Program-made: the position numbers and the translations under genes | NCBI GenBank assembly: GCA_963717525.1 | Contig: OY970343.1 | Span: 1,024,001-1,088,000 of the forward strand | Direction: 5' to 3' | Origin: an uncultured Methanoregulaceae archaeon | Lineage (GTDB): Archaea; Halobacteriota; Methanomicrobia; Methanomicrobiales; Methanospirillaceae | DNA: 64,000 nucleotides | Notes under the pieces: generated by a model | The model's database searches: none | What the model saw: the letters and a program-made list of their open reading frames with translations, nothing else | What the model was told of the DNA's origin: nothing | Part shown: positions 60,868 through 64,000 of the stretch, one piece after another | Position numbering within the stretch: position 1 is the first letter of the stretch | Layout: the number at the start of each line of letters is the position of its first letter

Positions 60868-61578
60868 ATGAGAATCTTTCCTGCCGTGGATATACTTGGG
60901 GGCAGGTGCGTCCAGCTCGTGCAGGGAAAGCGGGAGAGTGCAACCGCATATGGGGCTCCGCTCTCCTGCGCCCGCCGCTGGATCAATGCCGGGGCCGATG
61001 CCCTGCACGTGGTCAATCTTGACGGTGCCTTCGGGGATTCAACAAGGAATGCAGATCTGATCCGGGCGCTCGTGAAAGAGAGCGGCATCGAGATCGAACT
61101 CGGTGGCGGGATCCGCTCCGTTGAAGACGGGCGGAGGTGGCTCGGGACCGGGGTTTCGCGGATTATCCTGTCAACCCTTGCAATCCAGCAGCCGGAGAGC
61201 ATTCGCACGTTATCCGCAGAATTCGGCAGCGACCGGGTGATGGCGGGCGTGGATGCACGGGAAGGAAAGGTTGCGATCCATGGCTGGCAGGAGACCGCCG
61301 GGGACTATCTCTCGTGGGCCAAGACCTTCGAACAGCTCGGTGCCGGTTCCCTGCTCTACACGAACGTGGATGTCGAGGGGCTCCAGCAGGGCGTTGCAAT
61401 CGGGCCGGTCAGGGATCTCATTGCCCGCGTCCACGTACCGGTGGTTGTCGCCGGCGGCGTCTCCGGTCGTGCGGATGTCGCGCTCCTGCGTGAGGCCGGG
61501 GCGTACGGTGCGGTGCTCGGATCGGCGCTCTACAGCGGAAAGATTAACTTTTCAGAGGCACTAGAGGAATCTCGATGA
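60868..61578 (+). CDS. hisA: ProFAR isomerase
   Basis: [29 protein letters not shown] and GSALY. Confidence 0.95.
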   Translation: MRIFPAVDILGGRCVQLVQGKRESATAYGAPLSCARRWINAGADALHVVNLDGAFGDSTRNADLIRALVKESGIEIELGGGIRSVEDGRRWLGTGVSRIILSTLAIQQPESIRTLSAEFGSDRVMAGVDAREGKVAIHGWQETAGDYLSWAKTFEQLGAGSLLYTNVDVEGLQQGVAIGPVRDLIARVHVPVVVAGGVSGRADVALLREAGAYGAVLGSALYSGKINFSEALEESR

Positions 61579-62155
61579 GAAAGATAACGCTTGCACGGGA
61601 GACAAAAGAGACGAAGATCGCACTCACGCTCAACCCGGACGGAACCGGAAAAGTCTCGGTGGAGACCGGCATCCCGTTCTTCGACCACATGCTTACCGGC
61701 ATGGCAAAGCACGCGCGATTCGATCTCTCCTGCACGGCCACAGGCGATCTTGGGGTCGACTGCCACCACACGATCGAGGATGTGGGCATTGTCCTTGGCG
61801 ACGCCGTGAAACAGGCGATGGGAGACGGCCGGGGGATACGGAGGTTCGCGCACGCGATCATCCCAATGGACGAATCCCTCGCACAGGTAGCACTCGATTG
61901 CGGAGGACGGGGGTACCTGGTCTATTCCGGCACCTTCGGTTCCCGGACGCTCGGGAACATCCCTCCTGATCTCTTTGAGCACTTCTTCTACACGCTTTGC
62001 ATCCATGCGGGCATCACGGCCCACATCCGGTTCACCGGCGGAACGATCACCACCAGTGCGAGGCAACCTTCAAGGCGTTCGGGATTGCGCTTGGAAAAGC
62101 ACTGGAAATAAATGAAAAATCAAAGGGCATCCCGAGCACGAAGGGTACGTTCTGA
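61575..62155 (+). CDS. hisB: Imidazoleglycerol-phosphate dehydratase; frameshift near 62040
   Basis: [20 protein letters not shown] and [19 protein letters not shown]...IPSTKGTF follows in the shifted frame. Confidence 0.93.
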
Positions 62156-62244
62156 ACGATCTGTCCTCCTGTAAAAGGACATAAGGAACAAAGACGACGG
62201 ATGAAATTATTCTTTTTTAAAGAACTGAACTCCAGGGTAAAAAT

Positions 62245-62535
62245 ATGGGAATTTTCCGGTACGATACAAAATATGCGGCACCAACAAAGGAGCAGCGCGA
62301 ACGGTACATGAAAGGGGATTACGAAGAGCACCTCTTCGGCCCGGAGAACGAGATAATGCTCATCGTCTATGACGAGGCGGTGTACCTCAAGGATGATATC
62401 GATGGCTCAAGGGTGCTTTTTACCGGGCCAAAGGACAAAGAGAAAGTATACGACGAGGTAAAGCGCCGGCTCGATGAGCATGCCCATAAAGGGGAAGGAA
62501 GCCGGGCGTTCGTTACCGGCCGGGATATCACATAA
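62245..62535 (+). CDS. Hypothetical protein
   Basis: 96-aa ORF with coding-like composition (MGIFRYDTKYAAPTKEQRERY). Confidence 0.7.
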   Translation: MGIFRYDTKYAAPTKEQRERYMKGDYEEHLFGPENEIMLIVYDEAVYLKDDIDGSRVLFTGPKDKEKVYDEVKRRLDEHAHKGEGSRAFVTGRDIT

Positions 62536-62552
62536 CTTTTTATACCCAATTT

Positions 62553-63109
62553 TCAAAAAACGCCAGCATTGTTCATCAATCGGTTGATATCGTTGGTGTT
62601 ACCCAGATTACCCATATTGCCCATATCAAGCGATCCAAACTGGGACATAAGCGGTTGGATCACCATCATGTAAAGGATGATAACTCCGATCACGACAACC
62701 GCAATGGCAAACACGACAAAAAGGATCACATGGAGCATCCTCATCTCGCGGAACGGGATCTCGCCCGTGTTCATCTTTCCTGCCGTTTTGTACGCATTGT
62801 ACATCGCATAGAGCCAGACAATAAGGCCGGGGATGAGAAGGATGACCAGTCCCACACAGGTCATGATAAAGAGAGCAAACCCTTTTGCGGTCTCCCCGTT
62901 GTAGACCTGCCCGAGGCCGGGAAGGACCATTGAGCAGGCACCAGCGATCAATGTACTCTTTTGCTCCCGCACCGGAACCGGGGCAGGATAGCCACCATAG
63001 CCTGGGAACGGGGCCGGGCTCTTCCCGTCCATGCGGGCGCCGCACCCGCTGCAGAACCGGGGGACTCCTCGTTTGATACCTTACCGCAGTGCGGGCAGAC
63101 CTCGTGCAT
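62553..63109 (-). CDS. Zn-ribbon + TM2-like membrane protein; frameshift near 63060
   Basis: MHEVCPHCGK...(R)FCSGCGA joins to PGLGQVYNGE plus TM helices. The shift falls in a G5 run. Confidence 0.75.
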
Positions 63110-63383
63110 ACAGGTGTTCTTCAAAGGAGATTGATCCATGCAGGGTAAAAAGGCTTGCCGAACGGGGGGAGGTGGGAGATCCCGTACCGGAATATTCACC
63201 GGCACCCCGGACCCCCGTTGCGACACTTCCTGCGACAGAAAGAAACGAGAGGCTAAAATCAGGTGGAAATACCATCACACAGGATGAGATCCGAGGGTAC
63301 TATCAAAAAAGCCACGCAGAGGAGCAGGTTGCCCCGGAAACGATCCCGCAGGGTATTGTGGAGTGAGAAGAAAAAAGAGTTGA

Positions 63384-63590
63384 TCAGTTGGATTTGGATG
63401 CGAGATCAACATCTTCTTTCTTGATCGTCTTTCTTCCCGCGTGTTCTGCGAGCTTGTTGGCTTCCTTGGTGAGCTGGGCAATGTATTTCTCAGCCTTTAC
63501 TACGAGAGCCTCTGCAGCATCGCTGCCCACTCTTTCGGCTCCATTCTTCTTTGCAATGCGTACAACTGCAGCAATTGGTAAATCTGCCAT
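63384..63590 (-). CDS. Archaeal histone (HMf family)
   Basis: MADLPIAAVVRIAKKNGAERVG...HAGRKTIKKEDV, 68 aa. Confidence 0.95.
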   Translation of the reverse strand: MADLPIAAVVRIAKKNGAERVGSDAAEALVVKAEKYIAQLTKEANKLAEHAGRKTIKKEDVDLASKSN

Positions 63591-63786
63591 TTTTCTTACC
63601 TCAAAAAGAAAGTATATGGGTACATATAAAAACTTTTGGGGAAAATCCTCCATTTTGATTAGTAAAACGATATTGGAAGGCTTCCAGACCCGTTCAGGCA
63701 AAACGCGCCGCAGAATTTCGCAGAATATTTTTTATTACCATATAAGAGGTTATTTTGGAAAAAAAGCCACTTTAAGCGATTAAAAA

Positions 63787-64000
63787 TTATTCCAGCAATG
63801 CTGCTGCGAGCAATAGCGCATTCGTGTAATCCGGTGAGGCGCGCGAGGTATCCACGAAAATTTTACCGATATTTACGACCGGCGCCCCATGGGCCCTACC
63901 GGCCCCCAGAAAGGTGAGCGTACGGAAGACCAGGTTGCCGGAGATCCCGTCGGGTGCGATGATCAGGCCGCAGGATTCGACCGCGTCCTCGATAAGGATC
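63787..64000 (-). CDS. mtxX: Methanogenesis marker protein Mmp4/MtxX (C-terminal part)
   Basis: Manual translation ILIEDAV...[16 protein letters not shown]...HGAPVV...FVDTSRA. Confidence 0.85.
   Translation of the reverse strand, partial: ILIEDAVESCGLIIAPDGISGNLVFRTLTFLGAGRAHGAPVVNIGKIFVDTSRASPDYTNALLLAAALLE

Noticed and set aside
8690..63109. Programmed frameshifting or mass pseudogenisation (at least 13 split genes)
   Set aside because: The shifts hit conserved genes such as pscS, hisB and an ABC ATPase. They are single-base, often at short homopolymers, and share no slippery motif. Sequencing or assembly error is the simplest explanation.
63384..63701. Histone with a 37-aa N-terminal tail, as the ORF track suggests
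   Set aside because: The extension runs through AT-rich promoter-like DNA. GAGGT precedes ATG 63590, which gives a canonical 68-aa histone.
1..64000. CRISPR array, tRNA/rRNA genes, intact transposase or integrase
   Set aside because: I saw no regularly spaced repeat-spacer units, no cloverleaf with GTTCRA, and no DDE, HUH or tyrosine-recombinase motifs.

Overview
This window is chromosomal DNA from a methanogenic archaeon, most likely Methanomicrobiales (Methanoregula-like). That is inferred from mtxX/Mmp4, pscS, DUF2150, archaeal SAM synthetase, one HMf-type histone, and the COG1361/RND cluster. It holds about 55 protein-coding genes. Housekeeping genes include dph6, pscS, thiI, mat, hisG/hisA/hisB and the histone. 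Polyphosphate, pyrophosphate and polyamine enzymes include a two-domain PPK2, a CBS-PPase, an ornithine decarboxylase and a homospermidine synthase. There are also transporters, signalling proteins and an RND/S-layer-like envelope cluster. At least 13 genes carry single-base frameshifts, including conserved ones, which I read as assembly or long-read errors. I found no tRNA, rRNA, CRISPR array or intact transposase. The strongest candidates for undescribed biology are: (1) a ~190-nt highly structured, unannotated RNA-like element upstream of a translationally coupled, possibly fused, Dph6/glutamine amidotransferase pair; (2) a stand-alone, motif-intact NrS-1-type primase-polymerase domain between a phosphoribosyltransferase and an uncharacterised 'RYLWTDAF' protein; (3) a PrsW protease, a membrane-tethered HTH regulator and a rhomboid close together, suggesting regulated intramembrane proteolysis; (4) a compact archaeal pentameric ligand-gated ion channel; (5) a dispersed intergenic repeat family, two copies of which bracket an AT-rich islet. 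All family calls come from motif recognition by eye, not from database searches.
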